Part shown: positions 56,962 through 64,000 of the stretch, piece by piece
How positions within the stretch are numbered: position 1 is the stretch's first letter
How the letters are laid out: the number at the start of each line of letters is the position of its first letter
Assembly: GCA_017545535.1 (NCBI GenBank)
Contig: JAFWMS010000002.1
Location: 31,116 to 95,115 of the forward strand
Reading direction: 5' to 3'
Length of the DNA: 64,000 nt
From: Clostridia bacterium
Lineage (GTDB): Bacteria; Bacillota; Clostridia; Christensenellales; CAG-138
Program-made: the position numbers and the translations under genes
Notes under the pieces: model-generated
What the model saw: the letters and a program-made list of their open reading frames with translations, nothing else
Told to the model about the DNA's origin: nothing
Database searches by the model: none

Positions 56962-59655
56962 ATGAACGCACAAAAAGCACTTATCACGAACATTTTTAAT
57001 GGTGCAACATTGATCGAAGTTCCATTTTTTCAAAGGCCTTACGTTTGGAATGATGAACTGTGGGCAAAGTTTATTGAAGATATGGAGTTTATCGTCTTAA
57101 CCCATAAAACTCATTTCCTGGGAGCTATTATTCTTAAGGACGCTGGTCAACCAAAACCCGGAGACAAAGTTGCACAGCACCACACTATTGTTGATGGACA
57201 ACAACGGCTTACTACTTTTCTCCTCTTTCTGAAAGCGCTATGCCTTAAGCAGAATCAGATGACCTTTTTTGATTTTCAGTTTAGGATTATGGGGCAAGAG
57301 ATTGCATTGCGTCATGGGAAGAACGATAGGGATGCGTTTGAAAAGGCTATTTCTACGACAACAACTGCAAAAATCGAGAATCCAGAGCCTGGGTCAAGAA
57401 TAATTGAAGCTTTCAACTACTTTTTAGATCATGTGGATGCTTCGAAGTTGAACATTATGGAAATCATTATGAATGCACAGTTCGTCAGGATCGACTTGGA
57501 TATAAATGAAGACGAACAGCAGATTTTTGATACGATAAACTCCTTAGGGGTTAGGCTCACTACCGCCGAGCTGTTGAAGAATTACTTCTATTCTTGGCAG
57601 GATGTGGCGCTGTATGAAAAGTCTTGGGTGGAAGTGTTCGAAAAGGACAACGATACGCGCGCTTATTGGAACCAAGAATTTGAAATGGGCCGCATGACAA
57701 GAACACTGATCGATGTGTTCTTTGATTCTTATTTTCAGTTGTTTGTACAAGATTCCAAGTACAAAGTGTCCACCGAGGACAAGATAGCATACTCCCGGTT
57801 GGAGCATCTGGCTAAGTCCTACCAAGACTTTATCAAGGTTTACTGCAACGGTGACAAGCAGGTAATGCTCGGACCGATGCAACAATACGCGAACAAATTC
57901 CGGGAGATATTCGATCCTGCTTGTGTCGATCGTCAGATGCCTAAGCATCCCGGCATTGAGCGAATCAATGTCATCATTTTCGGGTTGAAGAACGCCACGC
58001 TGATTCCGTACATCCTCTATCTGGCCTGTAACGTGGAAGATTCGGCAGAACACAACAAGATGCTGGAAATCCTCGAAGCTTACATCATGCGGCGGATGGT
58101 CATACGGGCAACGACTAAAAACTACAACAATCTGTTCGTTTCGCTGATACTTAACAAGATAAACACGTCGGAAGCTCTGCTTTCAGCGTTAAAGAAGATG
58201 GGCGATGGGACCACCTATGTGCCGTCCGATGAAGAGCTGTTGGATGGGTTCAGGACGAGTAAGCTGAGCAACCTTCAGGCAAAGGGTGTTATCTACTATA
58301 TCGAATCCGGCATACGGTCTCCCAAGAGCGCCGTCGCCCTTTTAGGCTTTAGGCAATACAGTTTGGAGCACCTTATGCCAAGAAAATGGAGGAATCATTG
58401 GGCGCCCTGCGCCTCTGAGGATTTGGCTCGAGTCAGAGATCAAAAGCTTCAAACGCTCGGCAATTTCGCCATCATTACGCAGTCATTGAACACGTCAATC
58501 AGCGATGCAGATTGGCAGACAAAGAAGGCCGGAAAGAAAGACAATCCGGGTTTGGATCAATGTGCCGCTGGATTGATAACTATGGAAAATGTACTCTCTG
58601 AAAACACTTGGAGTGAGAGCAACATCAGTTCCAGAGCAGACTGGTTATGGGAAAACGCAAAACAGCTTTGGAAAAGTATCATGCCGGCAATTCATGATGG
58701 AACTATTTCTTCCGGGAGTTTGTTTCAATCTACTAACACTATAGAATTGCGAAAACGTTATTGGGCCTACGCACTGCCAGTTATAAAGAAGGAAAACTAT
58801 TATAGGGGAACTTTTTCAAACTGCAATCCACGAGGAACAGGATATATTAGTGGATACTTTGGACTAAGTGGTTTTAGGGTTGATTGCGTAGCGAATTATG
58901 ATGTAGCACGAATAGATTTTTATCTTGGGAATAGTGATGTTAAAAAGAATAAAGCTGCTTTCGATACTTTATTCTCTCATAAGGACGATATCGAAAAAGC
59001 ACTTGGTGTACAATTATCCTGGGATCGTGCTAATGGGAATGTTGCATCTTGGATGATCCACCACCTATATGGTGTGAGCATAGGAAACGAGCAGGATTGG
59101 CCGAAGATAGCTGAATTCCACGCTAAATGGAGCCGGAAGATTTGTGACGTGATGTTGCCTTATCTTCTTTCTCCAGAAATGAAAAAGCCTTTGGAAATCG
59201 GAGCATGGACCAGAGAATGGGCTAATCAGAAAGAAGGCATAGCGTTTGACGTTGGAAATTGCAGTCTCCATTATACTCGTTTTACCACTGCTGCTATGAC
59301 TGAGATTTTGCCTAATCTAAAGGATGTTCCGAGCGCTTGGAACACGGATTCGCATTATTTCTATGAAATAAACACTATGTCTTCCGGAAAAATACTGATG
59401 CAGATGGCGATAAATTCTAAGAATATTACAAGCGACTATCGTGCCATCTGTGATGCGATCCAGAAGGTCTATCCATCAAAGCATAATCCCTCCAAAGCTA
59501 ATACGGATGAATGGGAGTATCGCGTACCTTTCATGACAAAACCGCTTAATGCTACGAAAATGGAGAAAGAAGATGTATTCAAGCAACTTGACCAATGGCT
59601 AAATGAAGTGAAATCCTTTGAAAAAGACTTAAAGCAAAAACTTGAAAATCAATAA
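56962..59655 (+). CDS. GmrSD-like DUF262 + DUF1524 (His-Me finger) protein with C-terminal DUF4268-like extension (type IV restriction-like)
   Basis: DUF262: EVPFFQRPYVWNDELW..FLGAIIL..VDGQQRLTTF. DUF1524: SLEHLMPRKW..LGNFAIITQSLNTSISDADWQTKK. The tail RKRYWAYALPVIK..FDTLFSHKDDIEKALGVQLSWDR is DUF4268-like, followed by ~170 aa I could not assign. Confidence 0.75.
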   Translation: MNAQKALITNIFNGATLIEVPFFQRPYVWNDELWAKFIEDMEFIVLTHKTHFLGAIILKDAGQPKPGDKVAQHHTIVDGQQRLTTFLLFLKALCLKQNQMTFFDFQFRIMGQEIALRHGKNDRDAFEKAISTTTTAKIENPEPGSRIIEAFNYFLDHVDASKLNIMEIIMNAQFVRIDLDINEDEQQIFDTINSLGVRLTTAELLKNYFYSWQDVALYEKSWVEVFEKDNDTRAYWNQEFEMGRMTRTLIDVFFDSYFQLFVQDSKYKVSTEDKIAYSRLEHLAKSYQDFIKVYCNGDKQVMLGPMQQYANKFREIFDPACVDRQMPKHPGIERINVIIFGLKNATLIPYILYLACNVEDSAEHNKMLEILEAYIMRRMVIRATTKNYNNLFVSLILNKINTSEALLSALKKMGDGTTYVPSDEELLDGFRTSKLSNLQAKGVIYYIESGIRSPKSAVALLGFRQYSLEHLMPRKWRNHWAPCASEDLARVRDQKLQTLGNFAIITQSLNTSISDADWQTKKAGKKDNPGLDQCAAGLITMENVLSENTWSESNISSRADWLWENAKQLWKSIMPAIHDGTISSGSLFQSTNTIELRKRYWAYALPVIKKENYYRGTFSNCNPRGTGYISGYFGLSGFRVDCVANYDVARIDFYLGNSDVKKNKAAFDTLFSHKDDIEKALGVQLSWDRANGNVASWMIHHLYGVSIGNEQDWPKIAEFHAKWSRKICDVMLPYLLSPEMKKPLEIGAWTREWANQKEGIAFDVGNCSLHYTRFTTAAMTEILPNLKDVPSAWNTDSHYFYEINTMSSGKILMQMAINSKNITSDYRAICDAIQKVYPSKHNPSKANTDEWEYRVPFMTKPLNATKMEKEDVFKQLDQWLNEVKSFEKDLKQKLENQ

Positions 59656-59677
59656 ATGATATTGAAATAGAAAACAC

Positions 59678-59701
59678 GCCCCGCAGGTCTCCCTGCGGGG
59701 C
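59678..59701. other. Boundary hairpin H3 (also the likely terminator of the recombinase gene)
   Basis: GCCCCGCAGG-tctc-CCTGCGGGGC lies 9 nt beyond the recombinase stop. Confidence 0.8.
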
Positions 59702-59709
59702 GCTTGTGT

Positions 59710-61545
59710 TTATAGCTCCGGGGCGGGCGGGTCGTCGTTCGGCTCGGGGGGTTGGGCGGCCTTGGCGGCGGCCATTTTGGGCTTGCGCTTCTCGTAGTAA
59801 TAGCGGCGGTCGTACTCCTGCCGGCGGCGGCGCTTCTCGGCGGCCAGCTCCTCCTCGGTGAGGGGGACGGGCGGCTCCTCCTCGGGCAGATCCACCTTGC
59901 CGATGTGCTTGAGCATGATCTCCACGGGCTGGATCTTCATGCCGCCCACCCGCCGGGGGCCGTGGACCAGGATCCTGTCCACGAATTCCAGGATCATTTC
60001 GTTGGTCAGCACCGAGAAATCCGTGTACCTTTTGGCCAGGAACAGGAACTGCTCCGCCCGGTCCGTGTCCTTGTCGAAGGCGGCGAGCTGCCCTTGGTCG
60101 TCCGCCAGGGCCTTCTGTAGGTCCGCCTGCTCCGCTTCGTACCGGGCGGCGATCTGCTCATAACGGGCGAGGGGCAGGCGGTTCAGGGCGTAGTCCTCGT
60201 AGAGCTTCACGGAAAGCCGGTCCAGCTCGTCGATCCGCTTCTGGGCCTTGCGGATGCGCTGGCGGACGGCCTTGGCGTCGGCGGTCTGGCGCAGGGCGGA
60301 GGCCTCCCGGACCCGGTGCAAAAACTCCGTCCGGTTCCGGATGGCGAAGGTGGCGGCGGTGCGAATAGCGTCCAACGTCAGGGAGCGAAGGGCCTGGGTG
60401 GTGATGTAGTGGGAGAAGCAGGTCTTGGTTTCCCGCCGGGAGGACATGGTGTAGGTCCTGCACTGGTAGGAGTCCGCGGGCAGCAGCCCTGTCACGGGGT
60501 CGGGGGTGAAGGTGTGCCATTGGTTCTTGGCCATGCCCCGGTGGTTGTACATTTTGCTGCCGCAGTCCGCGCAGAACACCAGCCCCGTGAACACGTTGGG
60601 CTCGCCGGTGGTGTCCGTGCGGCGGACGGTCTTGCGGATCTGCTGCACGGCGTCGAAGGTGCTTTGATCTATGATGGGCTCGTGAGTATTCTCGATGATC
60701 TGCCACTGGCTGGGGTCGCAGTAGACCTTGGGGCTCTTATAGGTCTCCTTGTCGGTCCGATGGTTCACGGTGTGGCCCAGGTACTCCGGCCGGGAGAGCA
60801 TCTTCGCCACCGTCCGGGGGGCCCAGTCGTAGGGGCGATCCAGGTCCGTGGCGTAGAGTTCCAGGCCGTGGGTGTGCATATAGTAGGAGGGGCGCTCTAT
60901 CTTCCGCTCCCTAAGCTTGTTAGCGATGACGGCGGGGCCGTAGCCCTTCAGGGCAAGGGCGAAGACCTCCCGCACCACGGCGGCGGATTCCTCGTCGATC
61001 AGCAGGTGGTGCTTCTGCTCCGAGTCCTTTTTGTACCCGTAGAGCACCTTGTTGGAAAAGGGGATGTTCGCCCGGCTCCGGGCCAGGTAGGACTGCTTCT
61101 GCTTGCGGCTGGCGTCCCTCAAATACCACTCGTTCATGATGTTGAGGAAGGGGGCGAACTCGCCGCTCTGCCGATCCGCGCTGTCCACGCCGTTGGTGAT
61201 GGCGATGAACCGGACCCCGTGCTGGGGAAAGAACACCTCCGTGTAGAAGCCGGTCTGCAGATAGTCCCGGCCCACCCGGCTCATGTCCTTCACCAGCACC
61301 GCCGCCACCTTCCCACTTTCGATGTCCGCCACCAGCCGCTTCCAATCCGGGCGCTCAAAGTTGCCGCCGGTGTAGCCGTCGTCGGTGTAGTGGGCGCAGT
61401 TCGAGAAACCATGCTGCGCGGCATAGTCCTCCAACATGCGCTTTTGCATCACGATGGAATTGCTGTCCCCCAGCTGCTCGTCGTCCCGGGACAGGCGCTC
61501 GTATAGGGCTGTAATCTGTTCTTGTTCTGTCTGCCTGACGCTCAT
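59710..61545 (-). CDS. Large serine recombinase (resolvase catalytic domain + recombinase/zinc-ribbon + coiled-coil tail)
   Basis: 611 aa with the catalytic region ALYERLSRDDEQLGDSNSI..VLVKDMSRVGRDYLQ. Cys pairs CADCGSKM..CRTY lie in the zinc-ribbon region. Confidence 0.9.
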   Translation of the reverse strand: MSVRQTEQEQITALYERLSRDDEQLGDSNSIVMQKRMLEDYAAQHGFSNCAHYTDDGYTGGNFERPDWKRLVADIESGKVAAVLVKDMSRVGRDYLQTGFYTEVFFPQHGVRFIAITNGVDSADRQSGEFAPFLNIMNEWYLRDASRKQKQSYLARSRANIPFSNKVLYGYKKDSEQKHHLLIDEESAAVVREVFALALKGYGPAVIANKLRERKIERPSYYMHTHGLELYATDLDRPYDWAPRTVAKMLSRPEYLGHTVNHRTDKETYKSPKVYCDPSQWQIIENTHEPIIDQSTFDAVQQIRKTVRRTDTTGEPNVFTGLVFCADCGSKMYNHRGMAKNQWHTFTPDPVTGLLPADSYQCRTYTMSSRRETKTCFSHYITTQALRSLTLDAIRTAATFAIRNRTEFLHRVREASALRQTADAKAVRQRIRKAQKRIDELDRLSVKLYEDYALNRLPLARYEQIAARYEAEQADLQKALADDQGQLAAFDKDTDRAEQFLFLAKRYTDFSVLTNEMILEFVDRILVHGPRRVGGMKIQPVEIMLKHIGKVDLPEEEPPVPLTEEELAAEKRRRRQEYDRRYYYEKRKPKMAAAKAAQPPEPNDDPPAPEL

Positions 61546-61796
61546 GTGTTCATCCTTTCAGGCTGCCGACAGGACGGTTGCGGTACGTCCAGTATACCAC
61601 CTTCCCCGGCCAATGCAACTGGTTGATTTTGGATCATGTGGATGATCCGATCCTCCATATTCGATCCGTCGCTGTCCACGACGGTAACTTTAACTTGATA
61701 GATGGTGTTTTTGATCCTTCGGGTCATGTTCATGCGGGCTGGGCGGTCCTCCTTCCTCAAGGCCGTGATGGGTGCAATCGTGTCGGTTGATCTCAA
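61542..61796 (-). CDS. TnpW-like small transposon protein
   Basis: 84 aa with 4-nt overlap to the recombinase start. TRRIKNTIYQVKVTVVDSDGSNMEDRIIHMI resembles the recalled TnpW-family core (..IGNTTY.V.VHFS..S.ETxxDKI). Confidence 0.5.
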   Translation of the reverse strand: MRSTDTIAPITALRKEDRPARMNMTRRIKNTIYQVKVTVVDSDGSNMEDRIIHMIQNQPVALAGEGGILDVPQPSCRQPERMNT

Positions 61797-61887
61797 TGAT
61801 GCAGATCATTTGGGTGTCTCCTTTGATTACTATTTTGTCCAAATTGGTCCCCTTCCCACGCATGTGGTGCGATGCAAGTTTTGTCGT

Positions 61888-63270
61888 TTACCGTTCCCGG
61901 TCATAATGCGAGAACTCTTCGATGAGCTCCCTATCCTCGGTCAGGAAGGGGCGGAGGTTCGATTGGATGCGAGTGCTGTCCGCCTTGATCTGCTCACATA
62001 GACGCACTTCGGTTTTCAGACTGCGGAGCGCCCGATTTACCTCCACGAGATCAGCATACAGCCTTTCCCGCTCAAGTTTGAGGATGTCGATGGGGGTTTT
62101 TGAAAGAATCTGCTGTGCTTTTTGTAATTTGTCCTGCTCCTCCGGGGAGAGAGGACAGCCGGCTTCGTCCCGGCCCTCGAACATGGCCACGGTCTGCAGG
62201 GCGTCGTAGAGGGGCCGCTGCCGCTTCTTTTGCCCGTTCAGGATGATCCGGTGCTTGGTCTGCCAGTCGATCTGTCGGGTGAGATCGGCCATGCGGGCCT
62301 CCAGCTGCTCCAGGGTGTCGATCTTGTTATTGGTCAGGTAGGCCGCCGCCTTCTTCAGCTGCTCGAATCGCTTCAGCTCCTTGGGCGGCACCACATGCTG
62401 CATCTGCACCCCGTCGTTCACCAACCCCAATATGTATGTCCAGGCCAGGACACAGGCCCGGAAACCCGTGACCTTTCCACGGGGAAAGCGGACCCGCTGC
62501 TGCCGGGGCATGATCACCTCGAAGGTGGGGTCCGTCATGGCCTTGTCGATGTAGGCGATGAGGTCGTCCTCCGTCATGGCTTTGCCCTTCACCCGGGCCC
62601 GATGGCCATGCTCGTCTCCATAGGGGACGAAGGTAGGGTAGCGGCTCCGGTGCTGGATGGTGTAGCCCCGATCCTCCATGAGAGCGTAGAACTGCCCCAC
62701 GTCCATGGCCAGGGACAGGCATTCCGCCACGTCCCGGTCCACCAGCTGCCGCTGGGTCCGGATGCCCAGCTTCTGCATCCGCCATTCCACATAGGTCAGA
62801 GCGCGTTTGTTTGGCTCGTCGATAACCGACAGGCCGTACTCCCGGCAGAGCCTGTCCGACAGGCCCCGGATTTCCTTGAAGTAGGAATTGGGTGAGGAGT
62901 GGTACTTGTGCCCGTCCCGGTCCGAGACGGAATTGAAAATGATGTGGTTGTGGACATGAGCTTTGTCCACATGGGTGCCCACGATCACCTCGAACCCGTC
63001 CAGATACCGTTCCGCGAACCGGTTCCCGATCTCATGAGCCAGCTCCGGGGTGATCTCCCCGGGCCGAAAGCTCTGGATCAGGTGATAGGCCTGGACGCCC
63101 TCCGTCCGCCCGAACCGACGCTTGGTGTCCATCCAGGTCCGGGCCGCCGTTTCCGGCTGGCAGCCAATGGATGAAACGAACACCTGTTCACCCGTCTTCT
63201 TGGGGTTCACCACATACCGAATCAGCTTGTCGAGGCGGGCATCCTTGGCCAGTATCTTCGTCACCGCCAT
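61888..63270 (-). CDS. Relaxase/mobilisation nuclease (MobA/VirD2 family)
   Basis: ATG 63270 (MAVTKILAK..) lies inside ORF 61888..63501. AYHLIQSF and the His triad HVDKAHVHNHIIFNSVS are present. Confidence 0.85.
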   Translation of the reverse strand: MAVTKILAKDARLDKLIRYVVNPKKTGEQVFVSSIGCQPETAARTWMDTKRRFGRTEGVQAYHLIQSFRPGEITPELAHEIGNRFAERYLDGFEVIVGTHVDKAHVHNHIIFNSVSDRDGHKYHSSPNSYFKEIRGLSDRLCREYGLSVIDEPNKRALTYVEWRMQKLGIRTQRQLVDRDVAECLSLAMDVGQFYALMEDRGYTIQHRSRYPTFVPYGDEHGHRARVKGKAMTEDDLIAYIDKAMTDPTFEVIMPRQQRVRFPRGKVTGFRACVLAWTYILGLVNDGVQMQHVVPPKELKRFEQLKKAAAYLTNNKIDTLEQLEARMADLTRQIDWQTKHRIILNGQKKRQRPLYDALQTVAMFEGRDEAGCPLSPEEQDKLQKAQQILSKTPIDILKLERERLYADLVEVNRALRSLKTEVRLCEQIKADSTRIQSNLRPFLTEDRELIEEFSHYDRER

Positions 63271-63575
63271 CGTTCCACCTCCTCCCGCAGCTCCCGGTGG
63301 AGGGCTTTCACCCGGTCCCACTCGGCCCGGTCGATGAGGCCGATGGCGTTGGCCCGGTGGGCCAGCTGGTTCAGATTGTTGCCGATCCGGTCCACGGCCC
63401 GCAGCACCTCCCGGAGCTCCGGGGTGGGCTTGGCTTTCAGCTCCGTGTCCGTGATCAGCTTTCGCAGCAGCCGGGTTGAGCCCAGGCCTGTGCGGCGGCA
63501 CAGCTCCATCAATTTCTTATGCTCGGCTTCATTGAGCCGGGTCCCAACGTGAATGTTCCTTGTTCTAAATTCCAT
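63261..63575 (-). CDS. mobC: MobC-type relaxosome accessory protein
   Basis: ATG 63575 (MEFRTRNIHV..) lies inside ORF 63261..63743. The motif is RIGNNLNQLAHRAN. It overlaps the relaxase start by 10 nt. Confidence 0.8.
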   Translation of the reverse strand: MEFRTRNIHVGTRLNEAEHKKLMELCRRTGLGSTRLLRKLITDTELKAKPTPELREVLRAVDRIGNNLNQLAHRANAIGLIDRAEWDRVKALHRELREEVERWR

Positions 63576-63660
63576 GATCCCTTTCCCCGCGCCTCGGCGC
63601 GGCATATGGGTCCGGGTGCCCCGGCAAGCGCATTTGGAACGCCAAATGCTATGCTTGCAA

Positions 63661-63697
63661 GGACATCCCAGGATACTGCGTATCCCTCGGGATGTCC
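63661..63697. promoter_or_regulatory. Candidate oriT inverted repeat
   Basis: GGACATCCC..GGGATGTCC outer arms enclose AGGATAC-tgc-GTATCCc, upstream of mobC. A second hairpin GCATTTGG-aacg-CCAAATGC lies at ~63630-63651. Confidence 0.35.
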
Positions 63698-64000
63698 GTC
63701 TCCTGTTAGGCGCAGCCCCTCCGGAAACCAACTTTGCGGCCATAGCCGCTGTACGATACCCGCGGGCTACAGCCCTGCGCCCGTCCCCACTCGGTCCCTA
63801 CGGACTTACTCTCAACTTTTGTGTCCAGCCAACGTGTGTACTGGAAGAATGACGAATCCTCATCTTCTGAACCTCCTTTCCTTCCTTTTTGTCCCTTTCC
63901 CGCCGCAGCGGTGCGATACGATCAGCCCTTGGCCTCACCTCCTTTCCGTAACTTCGCGCCAAGTTGGCACGAAGTTAGCTCACGGCTACTGATTTGAACT

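Larger units (their letters stand above)
59678..64000. mobile_element. Left part of an integrative mobilisable element (serine recombinase, TnpW-like, relaxase, MobC, candidate oriT); continues beyond the window
   Basis: Gene content and order. The recombinase gene reads outward towards H3. Confidence 0.7.

Noticed and set aside
53572-59701. The three hairpins as integron attC sites.
   Set aside because: No IntI-type tyrosine integrase or attI is present. The hairpins are short perfect stems without the extrahelical-base architecture of attC. Their association with serine-recombinase 3' ends fits terminators or element ends better.
63519-63992. 157-aa plus-strand ORF, and the longer N-terminal extensions of the mobC (to 63743) and relaxase (to 63501) ORFs.
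   Set aside because: They show no SD or motif support and have Pro/Arg/Ser-rich translations. Internal ATGs at 63575 and 63270 give canonical MobC and relaxase N-termini, the latter with an SD. The region fits a non-coding oriT better.

Overview
This 64-kb window comes from a GC-rich, spore-forming Clostridia-type chromosome. That assignment is an inference from the ypeB/sleB pair, GC3-rich codon usage and recurrent extended -10 'TGnTATACT' promoters. Bases 1 to about 24,600 look like core genome. They carry a cluster of acyltransferases and regulators, bcp, a membrane carboxylesterase and a secreted Cys-repeat protein. They also carry a type IIA topoisomerase pair that reads as ParE/ParC rather than GyrB/GyrA, a DUF4349 lipoprotein, PepF, a polysaccharide deacetylase, GGT and ypeB. 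The sleB gene that should precede ypeB is cut at about 24,610. Everything to its right, up to the window end, is a compositional mosaic with six parts. (i) An AT-rich junction holds a decayed tRNA-Arg(CCU) 3'-half relic and TGCAGTCAAAA direct repeats. (ii) A ~22.6-kb island (25.8-48.4 kb) appears to encode Amadori-compound or glycated-peptide utilisation, with FrlB/FrlC/2x FrlD-like genes, a family-5 peptide ABC transporter, four GntR/UTRA proteins and a second sugar module. (iii) An AT-rich islet (48.4-53.6 kb) holds a second, attP-like copy of the tRNA-half/repeat module, an orphan 1235-aa protein and a decayed SRAP gene. The 1235-aa protein reads as Mrr-like nuclease + TPR-like solenoid + GreA/B-C-like + PIN-like, with no NTPase motif. 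It is my top candidate for an undescribed single-gene conflict system. (iv) A MATE, lipoprotein and Phd-Doc block follows. (v) An AT-rich GmrSD-like DUF262-DUF1524-DUF4268 gene is flanked by duplicated serine-recombinase 3' ends. (vi) The left part of a mobilisable element carries a large serine recombinase, TnpW-like protein, relaxase, MobC and a candidate oriT, and runs off the window. Three related GC-rich hairpins (GCCCCGCAGG..CCTGCGGGGC) sit exactly at the module boundaries. I found no rRNA, intact tRNA or CRISPR array. All functional calls rest on motif recognition by eye and need profile searches to confirm.
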